A program made the translations under genes and the position numbers. A DNA stretch of 64,000 nt, from positions 1,984,001 through 2,048,000 of the forward strand of contig OY762926.1 in the NCBI GenBank assembly GCA_963666735.1, read 5' to 3'. Position 1 is the first letter of the stretch. Every line of letters starts with the position of its first letter. The DNA is from Gemmatimonadota bacterium (GTDB lineage: Bacteria; Gemmatimonadota; Gemmatimonadetes; Palauibacterales; Palauibacteraceae). The notes under the pieces were generated by a model, which saw only the letters and a list, made by a program, of their open reading frames with translations, ran no database searches and was not told the origin of the DNA. This document shows positions 18,946 to 28,305 of the stretch, one piece after another.

Positions 18946-19722
18946 TTACGGTGCTCCCTGGCCGCTCTCCGAAGCATCGCCCCCGGCGGAGAGCGCCTCG
19001 AGCCGGGCCTGGATGAGACCCTCGATGTGGCTGTAGGGCTCCACGCCCGCGAGGTCCACCCGCACGCCGTCGACGAAGAGCGTGGGCGTGGAGTTCACCC
19101 CGCGCGACACGCCGACCTGGTGCGACTTGGCGATGTCCTCGAGGGGGCGGCGCTCGCGCATGCACGCGTTCCAGGCATCGGCATCGACGCCGGCCTGACT
19201 CGCGATCTCCGCGATGGCGCCGCCCGGGTCGGCGAGCTGATACCAGCGCGTCTGACGAGCGAGGATGAGATCGTGCACCGGCCAGTAGAGTCCCTGCTCA
19301 CCCGCGCAGCGCGCGGCCAGTGAGGCCGCGACGGAGTTGGGAAAACCGACCATGTAGTCGTACGAGACCCAGCGCACGGGAGCGTTCACGGTCTCGACGT
19401 AGTTCTGGCGCAGCAGCTTGCCGGCGAAGCCCGCGAAAGTCGCGCAGTGGGGGCAGGACGGGTCGTAGAACTCCTCGATCGTGATCGGCGCGGACTCGGG
19501 CCCGATCGCCACGCCGACGGACGGATCGGCCTCCGCCTCGGCCAGGACCTCGAGAAGGTCCGGGTGCGTCGCGGGCGGACCCGAGCCGCCCTGCCCGCCC
19601 CCGACGAAGAGCCAGTACCCGCCGGTGGCCACGATGACGGCCAGGGCGATCGGGAACCACTTGTTCGAGCGCGATGGAGGGTTTGTCTGCCGTGCCGTTT
19701 TCTGCGCCGTCTTCCGTGCCAT
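18946..19722 (-). CDS. DsbA-family thioredoxin-fold protein, membrane anchored
   Basis: GPESAPITIEEFYDPSCPHC, AARCAGEQG, GVNSTPTLFVDG; paired with VKOR. Confidence 0.9.
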   Translation of the reverse strand: MARKTAQKTARQTNPPSRSNKWFPIALAVIVATGGYWLFVGGGQGGSGPPATHPDLLEVLAEAEADPSVGVAIGPESAPITIEEFYDPSCPHCATFAGFAGKLLRQNYVETVNAPVRWVSYDYMVGFPNSVAASLAARCAGEQGLYWPVHDLILARQTRWYQLADPGGAIAEIASQAGVDADAWNACMRERRPLEDIAKSHQVGVSRGVNSTPTLFVDGVRVDLAGVEPYSHIEGLIQARLEALSAGGDASESGQGAP

Positions 19723-19739
19723 CTTCCGTACTCTCCGTC

Positions 19740-21167
19740 CTAGATCAGATCCCGGGCCAGCCATGCCAGCGCCGCAGCGACAAAGAAGGTCACTATCGCG
19801 AGAATCGCCCATCGGCCCCGCTTCGACAAGCGTCGGGCGCGAAGGGCTGCCAGCGCCCTGAGGCCGGGGATCATGCGATCGGACCACAGGGCCCCGATTT
19901 CGAGGAGCGCCGCGGCGGCCGCGGACACGTACGCCCGGTCGAGCTTCGTCACCTCATTCGTCCAGGCCCGGACCGCCTCCTCGACGCTCGCCTCCTCCGC
20001 CTCGGGCGGGGCGAGATCGCGCGCGTGCAACTGCTGCAGGAGGAGCTGCTGCCGGGCCAGCGCGGCGTCGAACGCCGGGTCCAGGGCGCCAATGTACTTG
20101 GAAGTCGTCTCCCGCAAGGCGGGCTCGCCCGCGGCGGCCAGCGCCTTCTCGCCCTTGTCCCGGTCGAGACGCTTGGTTCTGACGACCGCCTGTACTTCGG
20201 CCGTGTACACGCGCACCAGCTCTTCCGTGACACCGCGAAACGCGGCGATCGCGTCCTGTCGCATCTGCTCCGCATCCATGGCCTGAACGGCGCCGACGAC
20301 GGAGTCGGCTTCGAGCGCCGCGGAGCGCCGCAGCATGAGGGGGCCCAGCGCGATCTCACCGAGCGTCCGGAAGTGTCGATCGAAGTAGCGCCGATCGAAG
20401 CTTTCGCCGATCGAGGGGTCGATCCGCACGCGGTCGACCGCCGCCTCGCACACCCGCTGGAGCGTGTCCGCCCCCACGGAGAAGTCCGGCAGGGGCGCCC
20501 GCAACGGGCGCGCGACTTCCCCCTTGCCGAACATCTCGAGGGCCTCATCGGTGTCCGGCGGCGCCGGGACGGTGCCGGCGACCTGCAGGACGGCGCGGAT
20601 TTCCTCCGGGAAGAGATAACGAATTCCGAAAGAGGCATCGCCCTTGCCGAGCTCGAGGACGGGGCGGCCATCTCCATGGGCGTCGCCATGAGCATCGTCG
20701 GTGGTCTCGACCGCGTGGTCGGTCGGCCAGCGCAGGGTATATTCGTGATCTTCGGCGAAGAGATGCAGCCCGCGCCTCGTAAACACCGCGAGGTAGAGAC
20801 CGCCGAGGGGCATCTCGCCGATCGTGCCGGCGATCTCGGTGCCGGCGGTGCACACGACGACGTCGGCGGCCAGTGGCCGGAGGAGGGACCGCCGGCCCGC
20901 CACATCGCTACCCCGTTCCACGCTGCGAGCGAAGTCCTCCAGGTCTCCGCTTTCCCCGAAGAAGGCGACGGTGTGCCGCCGGGCGAAGACGAGAACGAGG
21001 CCGGCCCGCCTCGAGACCCAGAAGACGGACGGGAGCGGTATCTGCCGGTCTTCGAAGTGAATCCCGGCCGACGTACAGACGACCGAGACCTGCGGCCGTA
21101 CGTGCTCGCCCGCCGGGCGGACGTCGAATCGATACGCCTTCGGGTCGCGTTTCGGGCTCTGGTTCAT
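19740..21167 (-). CDS. Hypothetical protein with C-terminal TM anchor
   Basis: 475-aa ORF coupled (ATGA) to the HAD gene; beta-rich N half, helical C half, terminal hydrophobic helix. Confidence 0.75.
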   Translation of the reverse strand: MNQSPKRDPKAYRFDVRPAGEHVRPQVSVVCTSAGIHFEDRQIPLPSVFWVSRRAGLVLVFARRHTVAFFGESGDLEDFARSVERGSDVAGRRSLLRPLAADVVVCTAGTEIAGTIGEMPLGGLYLAVFTRRGLHLFAEDHEYTLRWPTDHAVETTDDAHGDAHGDGRPVLELGKGDASFGIRYLFPEEIRAVLQVAGTVPAPPDTDEALEMFGKGEVARPLRAPLPDFSVGADTLQRVCEAAVDRVRIDPSIGESFDRRYFDRHFRTLGEIALGPLMLRRSAALEADSVVGAVQAMDAEQMRQDAIAAFRGVTEELVRVYTAEVQAVVRTKRLDRDKGEKALAAAGEPALRETTSKYIGALDPAFDAALARQQLLLQQLHARDLAPPEAEEASVEEAVRAWTNEVTKLDRAYVSAAAAALLEIGALWSDRMIPGLRALAALRARRLSKRGRWAILAIVTFFVAAALAWLARDLI

Positions 21168-21889
21168 GCGCTGGCCAGAGCCGACATCACGCGGCGGGTG
21201 TCCCCGAGAGAAGGAAGGGCTTCATCTGCGCCGGCCCGGCGCAGATCGTCCACGGAAAAGCGTCCGGTGGCCACGCCGAGCACGGACAGGCCGGACCCGC
21301 GGGCACACTCGATGTCGTGCGGGGTGTCCCCGATGATCCAGGTGCGGCCGGAGCCATACCGCGTGCCCGTATGGCGGAAGGCCCGCTCGAGCGCGATGGG
21401 CGGCAGGCGGTTCCGGTCCGCGTCGTCGCAGCCGAAGGCGCCGAACGAAAAGCGGCGCCAGAGCCCCACCGCCGAGAGCTTGCCCTCGGCGCCGGCGACA
21501 ATGTTGCCCGTCAGAAGCCCGAGCGCCGCCCCCTCCGCCTCGAGCGCATCGAGGATCTCGAGCACGCCTGGCGTCGGACGCATCCGTTCCCGCCGCTCGT
21601 CGATCTCGTCCGCCAGCCGGGCCGCGTATGCGGGCCACAGCCGGTCGAACCCCGGGGCGATCTCGGCCTCGGAGAGGCCCTCGGCGCGGAGGAGCGTACG
21701 CACGATCTGCGGGTCCGTCATCCCGTCGAAGGGGAGATCGTCGATGGGACCGGGCGTCCCATACACCTCGATCATCGCGTCCTCGATGGCCGCGCGGCCG
21801 ACCCCCGCCGCGTGCACCAGCGTTCCGTCGATGTCGAACAGCACGAGCTCGGCGGTTCGTCCGGAAGCCCCTGCCCCGTTGGAAACCAT
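21164..21889 (-). CDS. HAD-family hydrolase
   Basis: LFDIDGTL, LLTGN, IIGDTPHDI; TGATG coupling with the upstream gene. Confidence 0.9.
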   Translation of the reverse strand: MVSNGAGASGRTAELVLFDIDGTLVHAAGVGRAAIEDAMIEVYGTPGPIDDLPFDGMTDPQIVRTLLRAEGLSEAEIAPGFDRLWPAYAARLADEIDERRERMRPTPGVLEILDALEAEGAALGLLTGNIVAGAEGKLSAVGLWRRFSFGAFGCDDADRNRLPPIALERAFRHTGTRYGSGRTWIIGDTPHDIECARGSGLSVLGVATGRFSVDDLRRAGADEALPSLGDTRRVMSALASA

Positions 21890-22887
21890 CAACCGCCGAT
21901 CCAGTCCGCGAGGAGCGCGGGCTCGATGTTGCCGCCCGACAGGATCGCCACGATCTCCCCGCGCGCCGGGGGCGTCACCGCGCCGCTGAGCAGCGCCGCC
22001 ACCGTGGCCGCTCCGGAGGGCTCCACCACGAGCCTCAGGCCGAAGAGCCAGCGCACGGCGTCCCGGATCGCCTCGTCGTCGACCGTGATGACGCGATCCA
22101 CCAGATCGCGGCAATGGGCGAAGGTGAGGTCGCCGGGGCGCACCGGCTTGAGGCCGTCGGCGACCGTGGACACGCGGTCGAGCGTGACGGGCGCGCCGTG
22201 CTCGAGCGAGCGCTGCATCGAGGCCGCCCCCGCGGGTTCGACGCCGATCACCGCGGCCTCCGGGCACCGGCGCCGCACTGCGGCCGCGACGCCCGACAGT
22301 TGCCCGCCGCCGCCGATCGGAGCCAGCACCAACCCCGGTTCCCGAGAGCCGAGTTGCTCGATGATCTCGAGCGCCACGGTCCCCTGCCCCGCGATGATGT
22401 CCGGGTCGTCGAACGGCGGCACCATCGTTCCGCCGAGTTCCCGTTGAATCTGCTCGGCGCGCGCCTTGCGCTCGGCTGACGTTGTACCCTCGAGTTCGAC
22501 CTCCGCCCCGAGGGCGATGGTCGCCTCGCGCTTCACGTCGGGCGCATCGACCGGCATCACGATCCGCGCCTGCACGCCGAACGCCCGGGCGGTCCACGCC
22601 ACGGCCTGCGCGTGATTGCCGGACGAGTAGGTGAGGAGCCCGGCCGCCCGCTCTTCCGGCGAGAGGCGGCTCACGTAGTGGTACGCGCCGCGCGCCTTGA
22701 AGGCCGAGACGCGCTGGAGGTTCTCGCACTTCAGCCATACGCCGTCCGGCGCATCGGTCGCTCCACGCCCGCCCGCTTGCGGGAACGGGGCGGGGATCAG
22801 CGGCGTGCGCCGCACCGCTCCGCGAATCCGCTCGTGCGCGGCCTCGACGTCGGCGAGCGACACCAGGGTCGCGGTCGTGCTGCTCAC
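21889..22887 (-). CDS. PLP-dependent threonine/serine dehydratase family protein
   Basis: [48 protein letters not shown]. Confidence 0.92.
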   Translation of the reverse strand: MSSTTATLVSLADVEAAHERIRGAVRRTPLIPAPFPQAGGRGATDAPDGVWLKCENLQRVSAFKARGAYHYVSRLSPEERAAGLLTYSSGNHAQAVAWTARAFGVQARIVMPVDAPDVKREATIALGAEVELEGTTSAERKARAEQIQRELGGTMVPPFDDPDIIAGQGTVALEIIEQLGSREPGLVLAPIGGGGQLSGVAAAVRRRCPEAAVIGVEPAGAASMQRSLEHGAPVTLDRVSTVADGLKPVRPGDLTFAHCRDLVDRVITVDDEAIRDAVRWLFGLRLVVEPSGAATVAALLSGAVTPPARGEIVAILSGGNIEPALLADWIGG

Positions 22888-25427
22888 CTGGCGTCCGCGT
22901 TGGCCCCGTTGGCGCCGGCGTCCGCGCTGGCTTCGGCCTCGCCCTCCGCATCGGCGAGAGCGTCGGCGTCGGTACCATCGTCCGGCGCCGGATCCGTCCC
23001 GATCGGATCGATCAGACTCGCGACATCCACGAGTTCGTCACCCTCGTCGAGGGAAACGAGCCGCACGCCCTGCGTGTTCCGTCCGATCACGCGGATTCCC
23101 TCGGCCGACTGCCGGTTGATGACGCCGTTGCGGGTCACGAACATGAGTTCGTCGTCGTCCGTTACCTCGCGCGTCGCCGCTACCTGACCGGACGTCGCCG
23201 TCACCTTCAGGTTTATCACACCCTGTCCGCCGCGTCGCGTCTTTCGATAGTCGTCCACGTCGCTTCGCTTACCGATGCCCTGGTCCGTCGCGGTCAACAG
23301 CGAGCCGCCACGCCGCGCGACCACCATCCCCACGACGGTGTCCTCCTCCTTGAGCCTGATGCCGCGCACACCCTGTGCGACACGTCCAACCTCCCGCACG
23401 TCTCCCTCGGAGAACCGGATCGCCCTCCCGCGCCGCGTAGCGAGCAGCACGTCGTTCGAGCCGTCGCTCAACTTCACATCGATGAGCCGGTCATCCTCGA
23501 GGATGTTGATGGCGCGCAGACCCGGCGCGCGCACATTCCGATACGCGGCGAGGCTTGTCTTCTTCACGAGGCCCCGGCGGGTGGCGAAGATGAGGAAGCG
23601 GTCGGCGGAAAACTCTCGCGCCCTGACGATGGAGGCGATTTTCTCGCCCTTCGCCATACTCAGCAGGTTCACGATCGGTTTTCCGCGCGCCGTCCGGCGT
23701 GCGAGCGGGATCTGGTACACTTTGAGCCAGTACATGCGGCCCGCGGTCGTGAAGATGAGGAGATAGTCGTGGGTCGAGGCGAGGAAGAGGTGCTCCACCC
23801 AGTCCTTTTCCTTGGTGCCCATGCCGGCGATCCCGCGCCCGCCGCGGCGCTGCGCCCGGTAGACCTGGGGCTCGATGCGCTTGATGTAGCCGGAGTGCGA
23901 GACGGTGATGACCATCCGCTCTTCGGCGATGAGATCCTCATCCGTGAGGTCCGACGTGTCGGGCACGATCTCGGTCCGGCGCTCGTCGCCGAACTTGCCG
24001 ACGAGGGTGGACAACTCGTCTCCGACGATCTCCATCCGCCGGCCGCGCGACGCGAGGATGGCCTCGAGTTCCTGCCGGCGCGCGCGAACCCTTTCCAGTT
24101 CCTCCTCGAGTTTCTCGATCTCGAGACCCGTGAGCCGCGCGAGCCGCATGTTCAGGATGGCGTCGGCCTGGCGCTCGCTGAGATCGAAGGCGGACCGGAG
24201 TTCCTCCCGCGCGACCTCGGTCTCGGGGGAGGCGCGGATGATGCGGATGACCTCATCGATGTGGTCGACCGCGACCTTGAGCCCCTCGAGGACGTGTTCC
24301 CGGTCCTTCGCCACGCCGTACTCGAAGCGCGTCCGCCGTTCCACGACCTCGTGCCGGTGCTCGAGGAAGTGCCGGAGCATCGTCTTGAGATCCATCACCT
24401 GCGGCTCGCCGTTGACGAGCGCGAGCATGATGACGCCGAACGTGGATTGAAGCTGCGTGCCCTTGAAGAGCTGGTTCAGGACGATCTGCGGCACCGCATC
24501 GCGTTTCAGTTCGATGACGACCCGGATCCCGTCGCGGTCGGACTCGTCGCGGAGGTCGGAGATGTCCGTGACCCGCTTGTCGCGCACCAGACCCGCGATC
24601 TGCTCGATGAGGCGGGTCTTGTTCACCATGAAGGGGATCTCGCGGACGATGATCCGGTCGCGGCCGTCCCGCCCCTCCTCGATGTGGGCCTTCGCGCGCA
24701 TCACGACCCGGCCGCGGCCCAGCCGGTAGGCTTCGCGGATCCCGGCGCCGCCGAAGATCGTGCCCCCGGTGGGGAAGTCGGGCCCCCGGATGATCTCCAT
24801 CAACTCGTCGAGCGTCGTGTCGGGCGCCTCGATGAGGCGGTGACAGGCGGCGGCCACCTCACGGAGATTGTGCGGGGGGATGTTCGTGGCCATGCCCACC
24901 GCGATCCCCGACGAGCCGTTGACGAGGAGGTTGGGCAGCGCGGAGGGCAGGACGGTCGGTTCCCGCAGCCGATCGTCGAAGTTCGGCGTGTGATCGACGG
25001 TGTCCTTGTCGATGTCACCCAGAAGCTCGCTCGCGAATCCGGCGAGCCGGGCCTCGGTATACCGGTAGGCCGCGGCGGAGTCGCCGTCCACGGACCCGAA
25101 GTTGCCCTGCCCGTCGACGAGCGGATAGCGGAGCGAAAACTCCTGAGCCATCCGGACGAGCGAATCGTAGACGGCCAAATCGCCGTGCGGGTGGTATTTC
25201 CCGATCACGTCGCCGACGACGGTGGCGCTCTTTCTGTAGGGTCGGGTCGGGCCGAGTCCGGCCTCGTGCATCGCGTACAGGATCCGCCGGTGGACCGGCT
25301 TCAGACCGTCGCGAACGTCGGGCAGGGCCCGCTGTACGATGACGCTCATCGAGTAGTCGATGAACGATTCGCGCATCTCTTCTTCGAGCGGTCGCTGCTC
25401 GACGCGTTCTATGCTCTCGGTAGTCAT
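22884..25427 (-). CDS. gyrA: DNA gyrase subunit A
   Basis: [33 protein letters not shown], GyrA-box QRRGGRG, C-terminal beta-pinwheel. Confidence 0.98.
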   Translation of the reverse strand: MTTESIERVEQRPLEEEMRESFIDYSMSVIVQRALPDVRDGLKPVHRRILYAMHEAGLGPTRPYRKSATVVGDVIGKYHPHGDLAVYDSLVRMAQEFSLRYPLVDGQGNFGSVDGDSAAAYRYTEARLAGFASELLGDIDKDTVDHTPNFDDRLREPTVLPSALPNLLVNGSSGIAVGMATNIPPHNLREVAAACHRLIEAPDTTLDELMEIIRGPDFPTGGTIFGGAGIREAYRLGRGRVVMRAKAHIEEGRDGRDRIIVREIPFMVNKTRLIEQIAGLVRDKRVTDISDLRDESDRDGIRVVIELKRDAVPQIVLNQLFKGTQLQSTFGVIMLALVNGEPQVMDLKTMLRHFLEHRHEVVERRTRFEYGVAKDREHVLEGLKVAVDHIDEVIRIIRASPETEVAREELRSAFDLSERQADAILNMRLARLTGLEIEKLEEELERVRARRQELEAILASRGRRMEIVGDELSTLVGKFGDERRTEIVPDTSDLTDEDLIAEERMVITVSHSGYIKRIEPQVYRAQRRGGRGIAGMGTKEKDWVEHLFLASTHDYLLIFTTAGRMYWLKVYQIPLARRTARGKPIVNLLSMAKGEKIASIVRAREFSADRFLIFATRRGLVKKTSLAAYRNVRAPGLRAINILEDDRLIDVKLSDGSNDVLLATRRGRAIRFSEGDVREVGRVAQGVRGIRLKEEDTVVGMVVARRGGSLLTATDQGIGKRSDVDDYRKTRRGGQGVINLKVTATSGQVAATREVTDDDELMFVTRNGVINRQSAEGIRVIGRNTQGVRLVSLDEGDELVDVASLIDPIGTDPAPDDGTDADALADAEGEAEASADAGANGANADAR

Positions 25428-25520
25428 GGATTCCCGCTGGAACTGGCGTTTTCGAGATCCTCGAGGACTGGGCGGCCCACGGCAGCTCCGGGGGAGCCCG
25501 GCCGCACTCGGTGAGACCCC

Positions 25521-26153
25521 CTAATCTACCGGATTTCGGGGCATTCCGCGACTTTCCAGACGCCGCTCGACCCCACCGGGACCGGCGTTCACGATCGGGG
25601 TGTCGCCGGCCCGGGAGCGGACGCCCCACGAGCCGTGGATGTGGCCGCAGACGACGAGGCGGGGGCGGGTCCGTTCGATGGTTTCGAGGACGGCTGTACT
25701 GCCCATGTGTCGACCCGACGCGTCGGCGTCCGCGTGGCCGAGCGGAGGGGAGTGGGACACGAGCACGGCTCGCTCGGGGCACGGGGCGAGGAGGTCCCGG
25801 GCTTCGTCTTCCGTGAAGTCGTAGCTCCAGGAGCCGAAGGGCGTCACCGGCACCCCGCCGCCGATCCCGAAGAAGGGCACGCCGCCGATGTCGACGCCCG
25901 TTCCGTGCAGGACGCGAGCCGCCGGCCAGCCGCGGCACGCCTCGGAAAGCTCGCCGGCGGACTCGCCGTTCCCGGGGACGAGGACGGTGGGGGTCTCGAT
26001 CCCGGCCAGGACTTCGACGATCCCGGCCAGGCCGCGCCGCTTCACCGCGAAATCGCCGGCCCCGACGACCGCGTCGAAGTCGGCCGCCCGCTCCACGATC
26101 GACGCCGCGGCCGCGAGATCGGCGTGAAGGTCGCTGAACAGAAGGAGACGCAT
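25521..26153 (-). CDS. Metallophosphoesterase
   Basis: FSDLH, GAGDF, VPGNGE, SHSPP, CGHIH. Confidence 0.9.
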   Translation of the reverse strand: MRLLLFSDLHADLAAAASIVERAADFDAVVGAGDFAVKRRGLAGIVEVLAGIETPTVLVPGNGESAGELSEACRGWPAARVLHGTGVDIGGVPFFGIGGGVPVTPFGSWSYDFTEDEARDLLAPCPERAVLVSHSPPLGHADADASGRHMGSTAVLETIERTRPRLVVCGHIHGSWGVRSRAGDTPIVNAGPGGVERRLESRGMPRNPVD

Positions 26154-26179
26154 GGCGAGTCGCTCCGTAGTTTGGGGAC

Positions 26180-27265
26180 ATGCGTGAATCGAAACTGCTC
26201 GTCTACGGCGCCACGGGATACACCGGACGCCTCGTGGTCGCCGAAGCGATTCGGTCCGGGCTGAGGCTCGTTGCCGGCGGCCGGGATCCGGAGAAGCTCG
26301 CCGCGCTGGCGTCGGCGACCACCGCGGCGCCCGGTCTGGAGACCCGGGCCTTCGGGCTGGACGATCCGGCGGGGCTGGCCGGCGCGCTGGAGGACATTTC
26401 GGTCGTCCTCCATTGCGCGGGACCGTTCTCGCACACGGCCCTCCCGATGTACGACGCCTGCCTGAAGACGGGCACGCACTATCTGGACATCACCGGCGAG
26501 ATCGATGTGTTCGAGGCGCTGGCCGCGCGCGGCGCGGAGGCCGCCGAGGCGGGGATCATGGTCATGCCGGGCGTGGGGTTCGACGTCGTGCCGAGCGACT
26601 GTCTCATCGCGGACCTCGCGGGGCGGCACCCCGGCGGCCGCTACCTGAGGCTGGGTCTCGCGGCCCGCTCCGGCGCCTCCCGCGGCACGATGCGGACGAT
26701 CGTCGAGGGGATCGGCCACTTCCGGATCCGGCGCGACGGCGCGGTCACGAGGGTGCGGCCCGGCCAACTGCGCCACGCGTTCGACTTCGGGCCTCCCCCG
26801 CAGGCCGCCATCGTCGGCGTGCTGGGGGACGTGTCGACGGCCTTCCATTCCACCGGAATCCCGAATATCGAGACCTACCTTCAGGCAACCCGCACGTACG
26901 TGCGCCTCACGAGAATTCTCCGCGGTTTTCGCCCGTTCCTGTCCGCCCGCATGGGACAGGCGTTGCTGAACCGCCTGATCGACCGCGGACCGGAGGGGCC
27001 GAGCGTGGCGGCGCGCCGGACGGCGCACGCGATTCTGGTCGCGGAGATCGAGGACGCGGAGGGGAAGCGCGTGGCGGCGCGGGTGCGGACGCCGGACCCG
27101 TATGGCTTCACCGCAACGGCGGCCGTCGCCATCGCGGGGCGCGCGCTCGCCGGCGACGTCGGGGCGGGTTACCAGACTCCGTCTTCCGCGTACGGCGCGG
27201 AGCTGTTGCGGGAGTTCGATGAGGTGACGTGGGAGAGGATCGACGATCAGGCGACGGCCCGGTAG
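26180..27265 (+). CDS. Saccharopine dehydrogenase-like NAD(P)-binding oxidoreductase
   Basis: YGATGYTG, HCAGPF, HYLDITGE, GFDVVPSDC. Confidence 0.9.
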   Translation: MRESKLLVYGATGYTGRLVVAEAIRSGLRLVAGGRDPEKLAALASATTAAPGLETRAFGLDDPAGLAGALEDISVVLHCAGPFSHTALPMYDACLKTGTHYLDITGEIDVFEALAARGAEAAEAGIMVMPGVGFDVVPSDCLIADLAGRHPGGRYLRLGLAARSGASRGTMRTIVEGIGHFRIRRDGAVTRVRPGQLRHAFDFGPPPQAAIVGVLGDVSTAFHSTGIPNIETYLQATRTYVRLTRILRGFRPFLSARMGQALLNRLIDRGPEGPSVAARRTAHAILVAEIEDAEGKRVAARVRTPDPYGFTATAAVAIAGRALAGDVGAGYQTPSSAYGAELLREFDEVTWERIDDQATAR

Positions 27266-28305
27266 TCCTCGATCTCCCGAAAACCCAGATCCTGCAGCGC
27301 CTCCCGGATTTCGCGGCGCGCGCCGGGCGTCCCCACCGCGAGGAGCATGTACGGGCGGGCGGGCGCGCCGAACGCCGGGAGGTCCTCCGGGCGGAGGACG
27401 ACGGCTCCGTGGATGTTCTGCCCGATCTTGCGGGGATCCAGATCCACGAACGCCTCCACCGGGCGGGCGCGGCCCCCGGAGCCGTCCTGTTCGAGCCAGC
27501 CGCGCGCGAAGGCCTTGCCGACCTTCCCGGCGCCCCAGATCACGAGCGGCCGTCCCGCCGGTATGCGGCCGTTCGCGAGGTGCGCGATCTTCAGGCGCCG
27601 GAACGCGGCGGGGCTGTAGCGGTCCGACCGCTCCGACAGTCGGTGCGGACCCAGGCGCCACTCGTGCAGGACCCGCGGCACGTTCGTCATGCGGCAGCCT
27701 GCCGCGGACAGCCGCAGGATGAGGTCGTAGTCCTCCGGCCCCCCGGTCGGTCCGTCCGCGTCGCGATAGCCGCCGACCGCCTCGAAGGCGTCGCGCCGCA
27801 CCATCAGCGTGGGGTGGGCGATCGGACATTCGACGAACAGATCCCGCTCGACCGCGGCGGGCTCGATGAGCCCGTTGATCCAGCCCTCATAGCGGAGGTA
27901 GCCCGAGCCGGGCCGGGGCGGCGGGAAGTAGCGCACGCCCGTACCGCACGCGGCGATGCCGGGGCGCCGGGTCAGGAGGCGGAGTTGCGCGGCGAACCGG
28001 CCGGGGCGCGCGACGTCGTCGGCGTCCATGCGGGCGAGGAGCGGCGACCGCGCCCGCCGCGACAGCCGGCGCAGCGCCGCGACGATCCCCGACCCGTCGC
28101 GGGCGACGAGGCGGACGCGGGGGTCCCGTTCCGCCCACGCCCGGAGCAACGGCCCGGTGCCGTCTCTCGAACCGTCGTCGAGGGCGAGCACTTCGAAGCG
28201 CGACTCGGACTGTGCGGCCAGACTCTCGATGCAGGCGCCCAGGAACGGTTCGGCGTCCCGGCACGGGAGAAGGACGGAGACGCGTGGCGCGCCCGCTTCG
28301 GTCAC
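27247..28305 (-). CDS. Glycosyltransferase family 2 with C-terminal Rossmann-like domain
   Basis: VSVLLP, LDDGSRD, ARMDADD, HPT, EDYDL, IWGAGKVGK; the GTG start overlaps the uvrA stop. Confidence 0.88.
   Translation of the reverse strand: MTEAGAPRVSVLLPCRDAEPFLGACIESLAAQSESRFEVLALDDGSRDGTGPLLRAWAERDPRVRLVARDGSGIVAALRRLSRRARSPLLARMDADDVARPGRFAAQLRLLTRRPGIAACGTGVRYFPPPRPGSGYLRYEGWINGLIEPAAVERDLFVECPIAHPTLMVRRDAFEAVGGYRDADGPTGGPEDYDLILRLSAAGCRMTNVPRVLHEWRLGPHRLSERSDRYSPAAFRRLKIAHLANGRIPAGRPLVIWGAGKVGKAFARGWLEQDGSGGRARPVEAFVDLDPRKIGQNIHGAVVLRPEDLPAFGAPARPYMLLAVGTPGARREIREALQDLGFREIEDYRAVA

Noticed and set aside
22884..25427. ParC rather than GyrA
   Set aside because: The GyrA-box QRRGGRG and a full C-terminal pinwheel are present.
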